Of a stretch of DNA of 64,000 nucleotides, positions 1-12,006 are shown piece by piece; position 1 is the first letter of the stretch; every line of letters starts with the position of its first letter. The notes beneath the pieces were generated by a model that was not told the origin of the DNA, searched no databases, and saw nothing but the letters and a program-made list of their open reading frames with translations. Source of the DNA: Fimicolochytrium jonesii (taxonomy: Eukaryota). The stretch covers positions 1,178,001 to 1,242,000 of the forward strand of contig NW_026515668.1 of the NCBI RefSeq assembly GCF_025526975.1. Direction: 5' to 3'. A program made the translations under genes and the position numbers.

Positions 1-1072
1 CCCTTCCTCCCCAGCAGATCAACACCGATTCTTCTCATCTCCTGTTCTAGTCCTTGTTTCTTGTTTTGCCAATACAATCTCTTGTTGCCTATCACCCTCG
101 CCTTGTCTTCTCTGCTTTGCTTCCGCCCCCGTCGTCGAGATCATAACAGTTGGATCTGCTCCAACACTGCGAAGTTCAGAACCTGTCCAGCCCTGCATCC
201 GACAAACCTTTTTCGCCATGTCCCAACCCGAATCCGTACCTTTCACCGCCAAGCAATGGAACGATATGTGCCAAGCCATCGCCGCCTTGCAAAGCCAAAA
301 CGCCAACTTGCAGGCCAACCTAGCGCAAGCCCAAGCCGACGCACAAGCTGCCCAGAGCATCGCCGCCCAGGTTCAAACCGATACGTACACCCGTCCCCAA
401 GTCGTCAACCCTGCTCTGGAGCCAAGAATCAGCTCACCCGAGAAGTTTGATGGTACCCGCAGCAAATTCCGTGGGTGGTTGAACAACATCCGGTTGATGT
501 TTGCTCTCCAGCCCGACCGCTACCCCAGCGACATCATCAAGATCCAAACTATTGGCACCTACCTCACCGGCACTGCGCAAGCCTGGATGGCGCCCCTAGT
601 CAAACGCCAAGATCACAGCCTTCAGGACTTCAATAGTTTTATCAGTCAGATGCAATCGGTCTTCGGAGACAGCGACAGGGTCCGCACCTCTGAAAACAAG
701 CTCCAGAACCTTCGCCAAACCCGTGCAGCAACCGAGTACGTCGCTGAGTTCCGCCAGGTACAATGCGATGTCTCCTGGAACGACCAGGCCCTGATTGCTA
801 CCTTCCGCCGTGGGCTCAAAGAAGACGTCAAAGACCTGATGCTCACAATGCCCCCTGCGGCCACCATTGATGTGGTGATGGAGCAGGCTATCCAGTGCGA
901 TAACCGGCTGTTTGAGCGCCGCCTGGAGCGAAAGAGAAGCCGCCAGACCTTCCCGGTTCCCCACACCTCGTTTACTACTACCACCACTGCCGACCACAGC
1001 GAGCCTATGCAGATCGACGCCGCTCGTCCCCGCAGCCCTCTGAGCCCTCAGGAACGCCAACGCCGCATTTCC
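1..1072 (+). mobile_element. Family A Ty3/Gypsy 5' fragment: end of 5' LTR (1-148), PBS and truncated gag (218-1072)
   Basis: LTR end ...GAGATCATAACA at 148. ORF MSQPESVPF...PEKFDG...PMQID is retrotransposon gag-like, nearly identical to the copies at 5927, 27122 and 35944, and breaks just before the zinc knuckle. Confidence 0.9.
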
Positions 1073-4000
1073 CCAACCGCAGAGGAGGTGCTACGGGGAC
1101 AGAGGAAGGCTTGTTGGGGTACGCGCTGTGGAAGTCCTGGAGGAGTGCGTCGGTATGGGTGAGGTGTTCCACGGGCTCCCAGGTGTTCTCAGAGTCAGGC
1201 CAGCCCTGCCATTTGACCAGGTACTGAAGGCGACAACGATGGATGCGAGAGTCAAGGATGGCTTCGACAACCCACTCTTCGTGACCCTCAACGGTCTCTG
1301 GGGGCGCGGGTTCGGGTTTGTGTCGTTCGGGGATGGTGAAGCGGGGTTCGAGGAGCGAGACATGGAAGACATCGTGGATTTTGTACGTAGGCGGGAGCTT
1401 GAGCTGGTAGGCGACGGGATTGATTTTTTCAACGATGGGGAATGGCCCAATCTTGCGATGGTCGAGTTTCTGAGAGGGCCGGGTTGTCTAGAGGTTTTTG
1501 CGGAGGAGCCAGACGTGGTCGCCAGGCTTGAAGTCCGGTCCAGGAATTCGTCTAGCGTCGCCGTAGCGCCTCATTTGATCTTGGGCTTCCTTGAGCTCGA
1601 AGGCGAGCAGTTCATGGACTTCCCTGATTTGTTTAGCGCGGGCTTCAGCGGCGGGGTTGACGGATTCGGAGGTAGCGGAGGCCGCGAAACTGAAGCGGGG
1701 GTGGAGACCCTTGTTGGCGTAGAAGGGGGTGGTCTGGGAGGCGGACTGGTGGGTGTTGTTGTAGGCGAACTCGGCGGACGACAGAAGCTGTTTCCAGTTG
1801 TCCTGTTGGTGGTTGCAAAAGCATCGGAGATACTGCTCCAGGATCTGGTTGGTGCGTTCCGTCTGGCCATCGCTCTGGGGGTGGAAGGCCGAGGAGAGGT
1901 TGGCTTTTGCCCCAAGGAGTTTGAGAAGTCGACGCCAGAACCGGGACTTAAACTGGGGTCCTCGGTCAGAGATGACGTCGTCGGGGAGGCCGTGGAGACG
2001 GATGATGTTGTGGAAGACTAGGTCGGCGGTGGATTCGGCAGATTCTGACTCGCTGCAGGCGACGAAGTGGGCCATCTTGGTGAGGCAAGAGTTGACGTTC
2101 AGGATGGAGTTGTACCCGTCCACGGGAGGCAGACCGGTGATAAAGTCCAGGGACCAAGATCCCCAAGGGCGGGTAGGGATACTGTTGGGCTGGAGTAGGC
2201 CATATGGTTTGTGTCGACTGGATTTCGCTTGGCTACAGGTATCGCAGGACTTGACGTAGGCCTTGACAAAGCGCCACTGGCTGGGCCACCAGTAGTTGCG
2301 GGAGGCGAGTTCGAGCGTCTTGGACATCCCAAAGTGGCCGGCTAGGGGTGTATCGTGCATGTCGTGGCAGACTTCAGCTCGGAGCTCGATTGGTGGGGAC
2401 ATAGACCAGGTTATCGTGCAGCAGGATCCCATCTTCATCTGAGAACCGCTTGATACGATCTTGGGTTTCCTCGGTTCGTTGGGCGAGGGTATCTTGAGCT
2501 TTTCGCGAATGGTCTTAGCGAGGGGATCAGAGGCCTGGGCAGGCCTTAATCTTGTCAAGCAGCGTGGTATCCATGGGTGTGAGGTAGGCCGCGGCGAGTC
2601 GAAGGCGTTCGGGAGTCAAAATTGTGGTTGCCTGGGAGCGGAACGCTTCTTCCCCCTTTTTTAGCTCATGTTCGGAGCGTCGGGAGAGGGCATCGGCTTG
2701 GTGCTGCTGGGAACCGGGGCGATAGGTAATGACAAAGTCAAAATCCGAGAAGAATATCGACCAGCGGGCTTGGCGGCGGTTCAGGGTGCGGGTGGTCATG
2801 AAGTACTGAAGGTTTTTATGGTCGGAGTAAACGGTGATCTTGTGACGGGCGCCAATGAGATGGTGTCGCCACTGGGCAAAGGAGTCTTGGATGGCCAGAA
2901 GTTCCTTGTCGTAGATCTCGTAGTTGATCTCTTCGGCCGTGAATTTGCGAGAGTGGAAGGCCACGGGGTGGAGCTGATTGTCCTGGTCAGGTTGGAGGAG
3001 AACTGCGCCAAGAGCGAAGTCGGAGGCGTCAGTTTCGACGACGAAGGGCTTCTCTGGGTCAGGGTGAGCAAGGATGGGGGCGGTGGTGAATGCTTTCTTC
3101 AGGTTCTCGAAGGCGGTGTTTGCGGCGGGTGTCCAGGCGTACGAGGATGTCTTTCCGGGTCAGGGCTGTGAGCGGGGTAGCAGATCTTGGAATAACCTTG
3201 GATGAATCGGCGATAGAAGTTGGCAAAGCCGAGGAACCGCTGGACGCCTTTGACAGTCTTGGGAGGTTCCCAATCCGTGATGGCAGCGATCTTCTTGGGG
3301 TCCATCTGGATGCCTTTCTCGGAGATGATGAAGCCTAGGAACTCAACGGATTCGCGGTTGAATTCGCACTTCTCTGGTTTGGCGTACAACCCATGCTGTC
3401 GGAGGCGGGACAAGACTTCGCGGACATGTTTGGGGTGATCTTCGGGGTTCTTGGAGAATATCAGGATATCGTCGAGGTAGACGACAACAAACACATCGAG
3501 AATGTCGCAGAAGATGTCGTTCATCAGGTACTGGAAGACGCCAGGAGCATTGCTGAGTCCAAAGGGCATGACATTGTATTCGAATAGGCCGTAGCGGCAG
3601 CGGAAGGCGGTCTTCCATTCATCGCCCGGGCGCATGCGTAAGAGGTTATAAGCGCCGCGGAGGTCGATCTTGGTGAGACGGCGGGCGCCGCGCAAACGAT
3701 CCATGATACCGTTGATCAGGGGCAGGGGGTAGCGATTCTTCACCGTGATGCTGTTCAGGCCTCGATAATCGACTGCAGAGGCGGAGAGAACCGTCCTTTT
3801 TCTTCACGAATAAGACTGGCGCACCGGCAGGGGACTTTGAGGGTTTGATGAATCCTTTGGCGAGGTTTTCTTCGAGGTATTCGCAGAGTGCCTTCATTTC
3901 TGGTTCGCTGAGGCTGTAGATCGGGCCGAAAGGTGGCTGCTTGCCTTCTTCCAGATCGATTGGACAGTCGTAGGGCCGGTGCTCGGGGAGAGTGTCAGCA

Positions 4001-4928
4001 TTTCTCTTTTCGAAAACGTCGGCGAAGTCTTGATACTCGGGGGGCAGGAAGTCTTTGATGTCTTTCTCGGGTGTCGGGGGGTTACTGGGGCTAGGCGAGG
4101 CCGGGAGATCGGGTTTCGCAGGGTTGGCGTAGGCGACAAAGACCTGGTCATGCCTTGCTGCGACCCGGAAGGCTGGGGCGGAGATGAACGAGACTCGGAG
4201 CGGCGTGGGAGCCGGTTCTGGGGGGCTGGAGCGAGATGCCTTGGGTACTGGAATCGACCATGTTTCGTTGACGGGGACTTCATCCTGGGGGATGCGGATC
4301 AAGGGCTTGGGGGTTCTGGCGGGTGCTGGGCTAAGGGGTGCTGGAGAGTTGTCCCAATTTGCGAATTCATGGTACTGACAGTCGCAACGGAAACCGACCG
4401 AAAGGTTCTTGAAGTCAAGGTTAATGTCGTGGAGGCGGAGCCACGGGAGACCAAGGAGGATTGGAGCATGGGGTGATTTGGTGACATGGAAGACGAGTTC
4501 TTCGAAGTGGTCGTCGACCCACATGCCTACTGGTTGGGTGTGATGGGTGATTGGTCCAGCAGAGCTGGGTTGACCGTCAACGAGTTCGATCGTCAGTGGA
4601 CGCTGATGCGGGACTAGGGCGATGCGGTGTTTGCGGGCAAAGTCTCTGTCGATGAAGCAGGACAGGGCACCGTTGTCGATCATGGCTGAGGTAGGTATCG
4701 GGGCGCGGCTGGATGATACCATGATGGTAACGGGGTAGTTGAAGGGTTCGACGGGACCCAGCGCAAGCATGGCGCGGGGGTTAATTTCGGAGTTTTCGAC
4801 ATGGGCAGCGGCTAGGAGGGTTGTGTCGGCTATAACGGAGTCGGGAACCAGGGGGGTGGCCTCTCCCGTTGCAGGAGCTGCGAGGTTAGGAGGCCCGGGG
4901 CGGTGTGTGTTGTCCAGTCGCTGGGGCT

Positions 4929-5927
4929 TTACTGCGGCTGGACTTTGGGAAAACCCTGTTCGGTGGAGGGTTCTTTGATGTCGACGTTGGCGGCACGGGT
5001 GGTGGTCTTGTTCTTGACGGGGCAGACTTTGCAATGTGCCCCGCGCCACCGCAGTAAAGGCAGAGGTTGTTGGAAATGCGGCGTTGGCGTTCCTGAGGGC
5101 TCAGAGGGCCGCGGGGGACGAGCGGCGTCAATCTGCATAGGCTCGCTGTGGTCGACAGTGGTGGTAGTAGTAAACGAGGTGTGGGGAACCGGGAAGGTCT
5201 GGCGGCTTCTGTTTCGCTCCAGGCGGCGCTCAAACAGCCGGTTATCGCACTGGATAGCCTGCTCCATCACCACATCAATGGTGGCCGCATGGGGCATTGT
5301 GAGCATCAGGTCTTTGACGTCTTCTTTGAGGCCACGGCGGAAGGTAGCAATCAGGGCCTGGTCGTTCCAGGAGACATCGCATTGTACCTGGCGGAACTCA
5401 GCGACGTACTCGGTTGCTGCACGGGTTTGGCGAAGGTTCTGGAGCTTGTTTTCAGAGGTGCGGACCCTGTCGCTGTCTCCGAAGACCGATTGCATCTGAC
5501 TGATAAAACTATTGAAGTCCTGAAGGCTGTGATCTTGGCGTTTGACTAGGGGCGCCATCCAGGCTTGCGCAGTGCCGGTGAGGTAGGTGCCAATAGTTTG
5601 GATCTTGATGATGTCGCTGGGGTAGCGGTCGGGCTGGAGAGCAAACATCAACCGGATGTTGTTCAACCACCCACGGAATTTGCTGCGGGTACCATCAAAC
5701 TTCTCGGGCGAGCTGATTCTTGGCTCCAGAGCAGGGTTGACGACTTGGGGACGGGTGTACGTATCGGTTTGAACCTGGGCGGCGATGCTCTGGGCAGCTT
5801 GTGCGTCGGCTTGGGCTTGCGCTAGGTTGGCCTGCAAGTTGGCGTTTTGGCTTTGCAAGGCGGCGATGGCTTGGCACATATCGTTCCATTGCTTGGCGGT
5901 GAAAGGTACGGATTCGGGTTGGGACAT
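4929..5927 (-). pseudogene. gag: Family A gag (1-nt frameshift near the C-terminus compared with the 35944 copy)
   Basis: ORF track. The [12 protein letters not shown] knuckle is split across frames in this copy. Confidence 0.85.
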
Positions 5928-5996
5928 GGCGAAAAAGGTTTGTCGGATGCAGGGCTGGACAGGTTCTGAACTTCGCAGTGTTGGAGCAGATCCAAC

Positions 5997-6534
5997 TGTT
6001 ATGATCTCGACGACGGGGGCGGAAGCAAAGCAGAGAAGACAAGGCGAGGGTGATAGGCAACAAGAGATTGTATTGGCAAAACAAGAAACAAGGACTAGAA
6101 CAGGAGATGAGAAGAATCGGTGTTGATCTGCTGGGGAGGAAGGGAATGGACGAAGAGAGGCCGGCTATTTATAGATAGGCAACCCAGCAGATCAGAGAAC
6201 AACAACAACAAGAGGGGACCGGGGGGCGCCAGCTATGCTCCTAGAGCGTGCGTGGCGAGCGTAGAGAGCATTGCTACAGCTGCTGGCTATGGGGAAGCAG
6301 TGGGGGGTGTGGAGAAGCCGAGGGGGGATTGGCGAAATGAGAGGAGAGAGGAGGAGTGGCGATATTGCAAGAGGATTGGCGAAATGAGAGGAGAGAGGGG
6401 GAGTGGTGTTGACATTGACATTGACACTGACATTGATACTGACATTGACATTGACATTGGCGTTTGACATTTGGCGGCTGACATTGGCGGCTGTCAGTAG
6501 GTAAGCTTATGGTATGGGCGCGTCGTCCATAACA
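5997..6534 (-). repeat. Family A LTR (about 538 bp)
   Basis: Matches 8841-9381, 26514-27052 and 31627-32164; TG...CA termini; internal (AATGTC)n tract; TATA-like CTATAAATAG. Confidence 0.95.
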
Positions 6535-9381
6535 CTTTGGGCTCAGCAATGCTCCTGGCGTCTTCCAGTACCTGATGAACGACATCTTCCACAACATCTT
6601 CCGGAACCTCCCAAGAATGTCAAAGGCGTCCAGCGGTTCCTCGGCTTTGCCAACTTCGATCGCCGATTTATCCAAGGTTATTTCAAGATTGCTACCCCGC
6701 TCACAGCCCTGACCCGGAAAGACACCTCGTACGCCTGGACACCCGCCGCAAACACCGCCTTCGAGAACCTGGAGAAAGCATTCACCACCGCCCCCATCCT
6801 TGCTCACCCTGACCCAGAGAAGGTCTTTGTCGTCGAAACTGACGCCTCCGACTTCGCTCTCGGCGCAGTTCTCCTCCAACCTGACCAGGACAATCAGCTC
6901 CACCCCGTGGCCTTCCAGTCTCGCAAATTTACGGCCGAAGAGATCAACTACGAGATCTACAACAAGGAACTTCTGGCCATCCAAGACTCCTTTGCCCAGT
7001 GGCGACACCATCTCATTGGCGCCCGTCACAAGATCACCGTTTACTCCGACCATAAAAACCTTCAGTACTTCATGACCACCCGCACCCTGAACCGCCGCCA
7101 AGCCCGCTGGTCGATATTCTTCTCGGATTTTGACTTTGTCATTACCTATCGCCCCGGTTCCCAGCAGCACCAAGCCAATGCCCTCTCCCGACGCTCCAAA
7201 CATGAGCTAAAAGAGGGGGAAGAAGCGTTCCGCTCCTAGCCAACCACAATTTTGACTCCTGAACGCCTTCGACTCGCCACGGCCTACCTCACACCCATGG
7301 ATACCACGCTGCTTGACATGATTAAGGCCGCCCAGGCCTCTGATCCCCTCGCTAAGACCATTCGCGAAAAGCTCCAGATACCCTCGCCCAACGAACCGAG
7401 GAAACCCAAGATCGTATCAAGCGGTTCTCAGATGAAGATGGGATCCTGCTGCACGATAACCTGGTCTATGTCCCCACCAACGAGCTCCGAGCTGAAGTCT
7501 GCCACGACATGCACGATACACCCCTAGCCGGCCACTTTGGGATGTCCAAGACGCTTGAACTCGCCTCCCGCAACTACTGGTGGCCCAGCCAGTGGCGCTT
7601 CGTCAAGGCTTACGTCAAGTCCTGCGATACCTGTAGCCAAGCGAAATCCAGTCGACACAAACCATATGGCCTACTCCAGCCCAACAGTATCCCTACCCGC
7701 CCTTGGGGATCTTGGTCCCTGGACTTTATCACCGGTCTGCCTCCCGTGGACGGGTACAACTCCATCCTGAACGTCAACTCTTGCCTCACCAAGATGGCCC
7801 ACTTCGTTGCCTGCAGCGAGTCAGAATCTGCCGAATCCACCGCCGACCTAGTCTTCCACAACATCATCCGTCTCCACGGCCTCCCCAACGACGTCATCTC
7901 TGACCGAGGACCCCAGTTTAAGTCCCGGTTCTGGCGTCGACTTCTCAAACTCCTTGGGGCAAAAGCCAACCTCTCCTCGGCCTTCCACCCCCAGAGCGAT
8001 GGCCAGACGGAACGCACCAACCAGATCCTGGAGCAGTATCTCCGATGCTTTTGCAACCACCAACAGGACAACTGGAAACAGCTTCTGTCGTCCGCCGAGT
8101 TCGCCTACAACAACACCCACCAGTCCGCCTCCCAGACCACCCCCTTCTACGCCAACAAGGGTCTCCACCCCCGCTTCAGTTTCGCGGCCTCCGCTACCTC
8201 CGAATCCGTCAACCCCGCCGCTGAAGCCCGCGCTAAACAAATCAGGGAAGTCCATGAACAGCTCGCCCTTGAGCTCAAGGAAGCCCAAGATCAAATGAAG
8301 CGCTACGGCGACGCTAGACGAATTCCTGGACCGGACTTCAAGCCTGGCGACCACGTCTGGCTCCTCCGCAAAAACCTCTAGACAACCCGGCCCTCTCAGA
8401 AACTCGACCATCGCAAGATTGGGCCATTCCCCATCGTTGACAAAATCAATCCCGTCGCCTACCGGCTCAAGCTCCCGCCTACGTACAAAATCCACGATGT
8501 CTTCCATGTCTCGCTCCTCGAACCCCGCTTCACCATCCCCGAACGACACAAACCCAAACCCGCGCCCCCAGAGACCGTTGAGGGTCACAAAGAGTGGGTT
8601 GTCAAAGCCATCCTTGACTCTCGCATCCATCGTTGTCGCCTTCAGTACTTGGTCAAATGGCAGGGCTGGCCTGACTCCGAGAACACCTGGGAGCCCGTGG
8701 AACACCTCACCCATACCGACGCGCTCCTCCAGGACTTCCACAGTGCATACCCCAACAGGCCTTCCTCTGTCCCCGTAGCACCTCCTCTGCAGCCACACCA
8801 AACTCGACGCCGCCGCCGCCGCCGCTAAAGAGAGGGGTGATGTTATGGACGACGCGCCCATACCATAAGCTTACCTACTGACAGCCGCCAATGTCAACCG
8901 CCAATGTCAAACGCCAATGTCAATGTCAATGTCAGTGTCAATGTCAGTGTCAATATCAATGTCAATGCCACTCCCCCTCTCTCCTCTCATTTCGAAAATC
9001 CTCCCGCAATATCGCCACTCCTCCTCTCTCCTCTCATTTCGTTAATCCCCCCTCGGCTTCTCCACACCCCCCACTACTTCCCCATAGCCAGCAGCTGTAG
9101 CAATGCTTTCTACGCTAGCCACGCACGCTCTAGGAGCATAGCTGGCGCCCCCCCCCCAGTCCCCTCTTGTTGTTGTTGTTCTCTGATCTGCTGGGTTGCC
9201 TATCTATAAGTAGCCGGCCTCTCTTCGTCCATTCCCTTCCTCCCCAGCAGATCAACACCAGTTCTTCTCATCTCCTGTTCTAGTCCTTGTTTCTTGTTTC
9301 GCCAATACAATCTCTTGTTGCCTATCACCCTCGCCATGTCTTCTCTACTTCGCTTCCGCCTCAGTCGTCGAGATCATAACA
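6535..9381 (+). mobile_element. Family A 3' half: RT with YLDD deleted, RNase H, integrase, chromodomain, PPT and 3' LTR
   Basis: Begins mid-RT (FGLSNAPG) directly after the nested LTR; deletion near 6590-6603; integrase ORF 7509-8381; PPT AAAGAGAGGGGTGA before the LTR at 8841. Confidence 0.93.
8841..9381 (+). repeat. Family A 3' LTR
   Basis: TGTTATGGAC...GATCATAACA, preceded by a PPT. Confidence 0.95.
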
Positions 9382-12006
9382 TGTACCAGCTGGACCAGAC
9401 GGTACTGGAGCTGCCAACGCCATAGCCTTTACTATGGCAGAGTACGCTCCTACGCTCACTACCTACCTGAAGGGTCCTGCTCTCGAGTGGTACAATACGA
9501 CTTACGCTGCTGGCGCTCCCGCGAGTTGGACAGCTTTTCAAAGGGCTCTTGTCGCTCACTTTTATCCTCGCAACTTGCGTAATACTATTGAGCTCAAGCT
9601 CTCCGGCCTCAAGCTCGGTGACTCTCTCGAAAAATATATCAAGGAGTTTCAAGACAGATATGGCTGGCCAACAACGAATCATACATGATTCTCGACACGG
9701 TCATTTCGGAAAAGTTAGATCTATGGGATCTCGAATCTCATTCGCTTCTCTTAGTTGGACAACTTCCCTGGCTAGTCAGTAATCTGGCTTATGACGCTAT
9801 TATTGGAATGCCTTTGTAATGAGGTGCGGCAGGTGTAACCTTAGTGCGGGGAAGCGCGTAGGGCAAGAGATCACCTGTAGCATAGATTATATTGAAGTCC
9901 TACGCTCTGGGGTGACTCCCAAGGAAAGAAAAGCCTTCGGGCAGCGCCCCGGGAGGTAGAAACTCTAGAATTCTTTCAATACATTGAGCGGGGACAGAGC
10001 TAGCCTCTGGCAACGGACCTAGCATTATTACATGGTAGTACCACCCTTCAAGATCTCTCCGGCAACCTACGATGAGCAACTCTCAGGCGGGTGCTAATAC
10101 CGCCGTCAGCTATGCGATAGTTAACAATGACCGCTTAGAGCTTGACCCATTTGAACACCGGCATCGAAGGGCGCAACGGCTCGATGGCGACCAACGCCAA
10201 GGCAACCGCCCCGCAGAGCGTAAACGCCCCTTGCACAGGTGCAGGGGATCACCCCCGTGGTCGCCACCTGGAAGGAGGCACTCCCGCTCATGCTCACCTT
10301 GTTGACGTAGAAGCCCGGACCCCCGACGCCGGAACCGGACGCCAGAGCAATACAGGCGCGGACGACGAGGTCGCAGAGCATCTCCCCACCCCGTCAAAGG
10401 AGCCGCTCAGCAAGCCGCTACCGCAGCCGCTCCCCGGCGAGGACCCGAAGCCGCTCCCCCATGCGGCGCAGGAGCCGTACCCCAGCCCGACAAGAGAACG
10501 GACAGGCAACAATCCTCCAAATCCTAGCCCAGCTGGCCAACACCAACGCCCAACTCCAGCAGCAATTCGAGTGCCTGGAGAGGGACCGCCCAGATGACAG
10601 CCCCTTCGCTGGAGTACGAGTTAGCCGCGAGGACCATTTGGCGGCTAGCGAAGAGCGTAAGCGCAAGGCGGCCGCCGAGAAGGTGTTCCTAACCACCTTG
10701 GCTAAGATGCTGTCCAAGTTTGACGGTAAGGCTAACGGTGAAGACAGGGTCGCCAAACTGGACGAGTTCGTTGATGCCCACCTCCGCTATCTGGAAGCCA
10801 CCGAATTCAGAACGGAGGACGGGGACGTGAAACACTTCGTAGCCCACTTGTCGGGAGACGCCACTGAGTGGTGGAAGCTCGAGGCTCGCTCCGGAGAGCC
10901 TCCCGCCACCCGGGAACGGTTCCTGAAGGCACTCAGGCGCAGGTTCTACCCCGCCAACCTCCGTAATTCGGTCGAGGCAAAACTGGCCGCCCTGAAGTTC
11001 AAAGACAGCATGTCCGACCACGTTTCGGCCTTCAACGCACTGACTACACAGATCGCTATCCTCCCCAAAAAGGAACATCTCACGCCGCAACAGGAACGTG
11101 AGTACTTCCTGAACGGGCTGACCTTCCACCAGGTCGGATGTCGCATCCGTGAGCAGTGTTACCAGTTCATCCTGCAACAGGGCAATGAGGACGAAGACAT
11201 CCCCATCAAGACCCTTCAGGAAGCCGCCCAGAGGGCCTTCCGCTTCAGGGGTTATGCTGATGGGATTGCCCTCATTTCAGAAGACGGCAAACGGGTCCAA
11301 CCCGCTACGCCCACTCCGGCCCAGGCTCGCGATAAGCGCGATACGCCCCGCACCTTCGACTCCAACTGAGTACCCCTTGGGAAGGAGAGGAAAACTTAGC
11401 GAGGCGAATGTCACACTTGCGGCAGCAAGGACGACTACGCCCGAGCGTGCCCTAAGAACCCGAACCGACTCAAGATCTCGGCGGCGCCCTCCGAGGCGGT
11501 CGATGATGACAACGACGAGTTGCACTCGGCCGCGGAGGAGCCCCCGAGCCCCGCATACTCCGTCAACAGTCAGGATTTTCTCCCCAGGGCCTGACCGCCT
11601 GCAGCGCTTCAGCGTCCAGACAACCCGAGGGACCTACCGGTCCCCGACTGCAGGACACCATTCCGGAATACCGCCCCGGGCCTGTCATCAACAAGCACAC
11701 GTTCATGGTCCATGGACGTGTCGGCGGCATCTTCTGCCGCATCCTCATAGACACTGGTTGCAATACCATGCTCATCAGCGACTCATTTGCCCAACGCCAT
11801 GATCTTAACACGTACGACTGTCCCACGCCCCTTGAGGTGCGATGGGGTGACAAAGCCGGGGCATACGGCGCCACGCGGATGATTTGTGCCGACCTCTCCG
11901 TCTTCACGGAGGAACGAATACCTCATAAGACCCCTTGGGTCCCGTTCGTCGCGGCCCCGATCCACGCGGATGTTATCCTAGGGCTACCCTACATCCTGGA
12001 CCTTGA

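Larger units (their letters stand above)
1077..6534 (-). mobile_element. Family A chromovirus with 5' LTR present and 3' LTR missing; pol frameshifted
   Basis: LTR 5997-6534 (TGTTATGG...ATAACA); gag 4929-5927; protease MIDNGA; RT YLDD; RNase H TDAS/ELLAI; integrase H-H-C-C and DDE; chromodomain EWVVEAIL...YLVKWQGW...NTWEP near 1150-1280. Confidence 0.95.

Noticed and set aside
7848..8861. Long antisense ORF over the family A integrase (also 1128-2021 and 30634-31647)
   Set aside because: Best explained as a shadow ORF from C-ending codon bias; no recognisable domain.
8888..8970. CQCQCQ, MSMSVS or NVNVNV ORFs as real proteins
   Set aside because: These are translations of the (AATGTC)n tract in family A LTRs.
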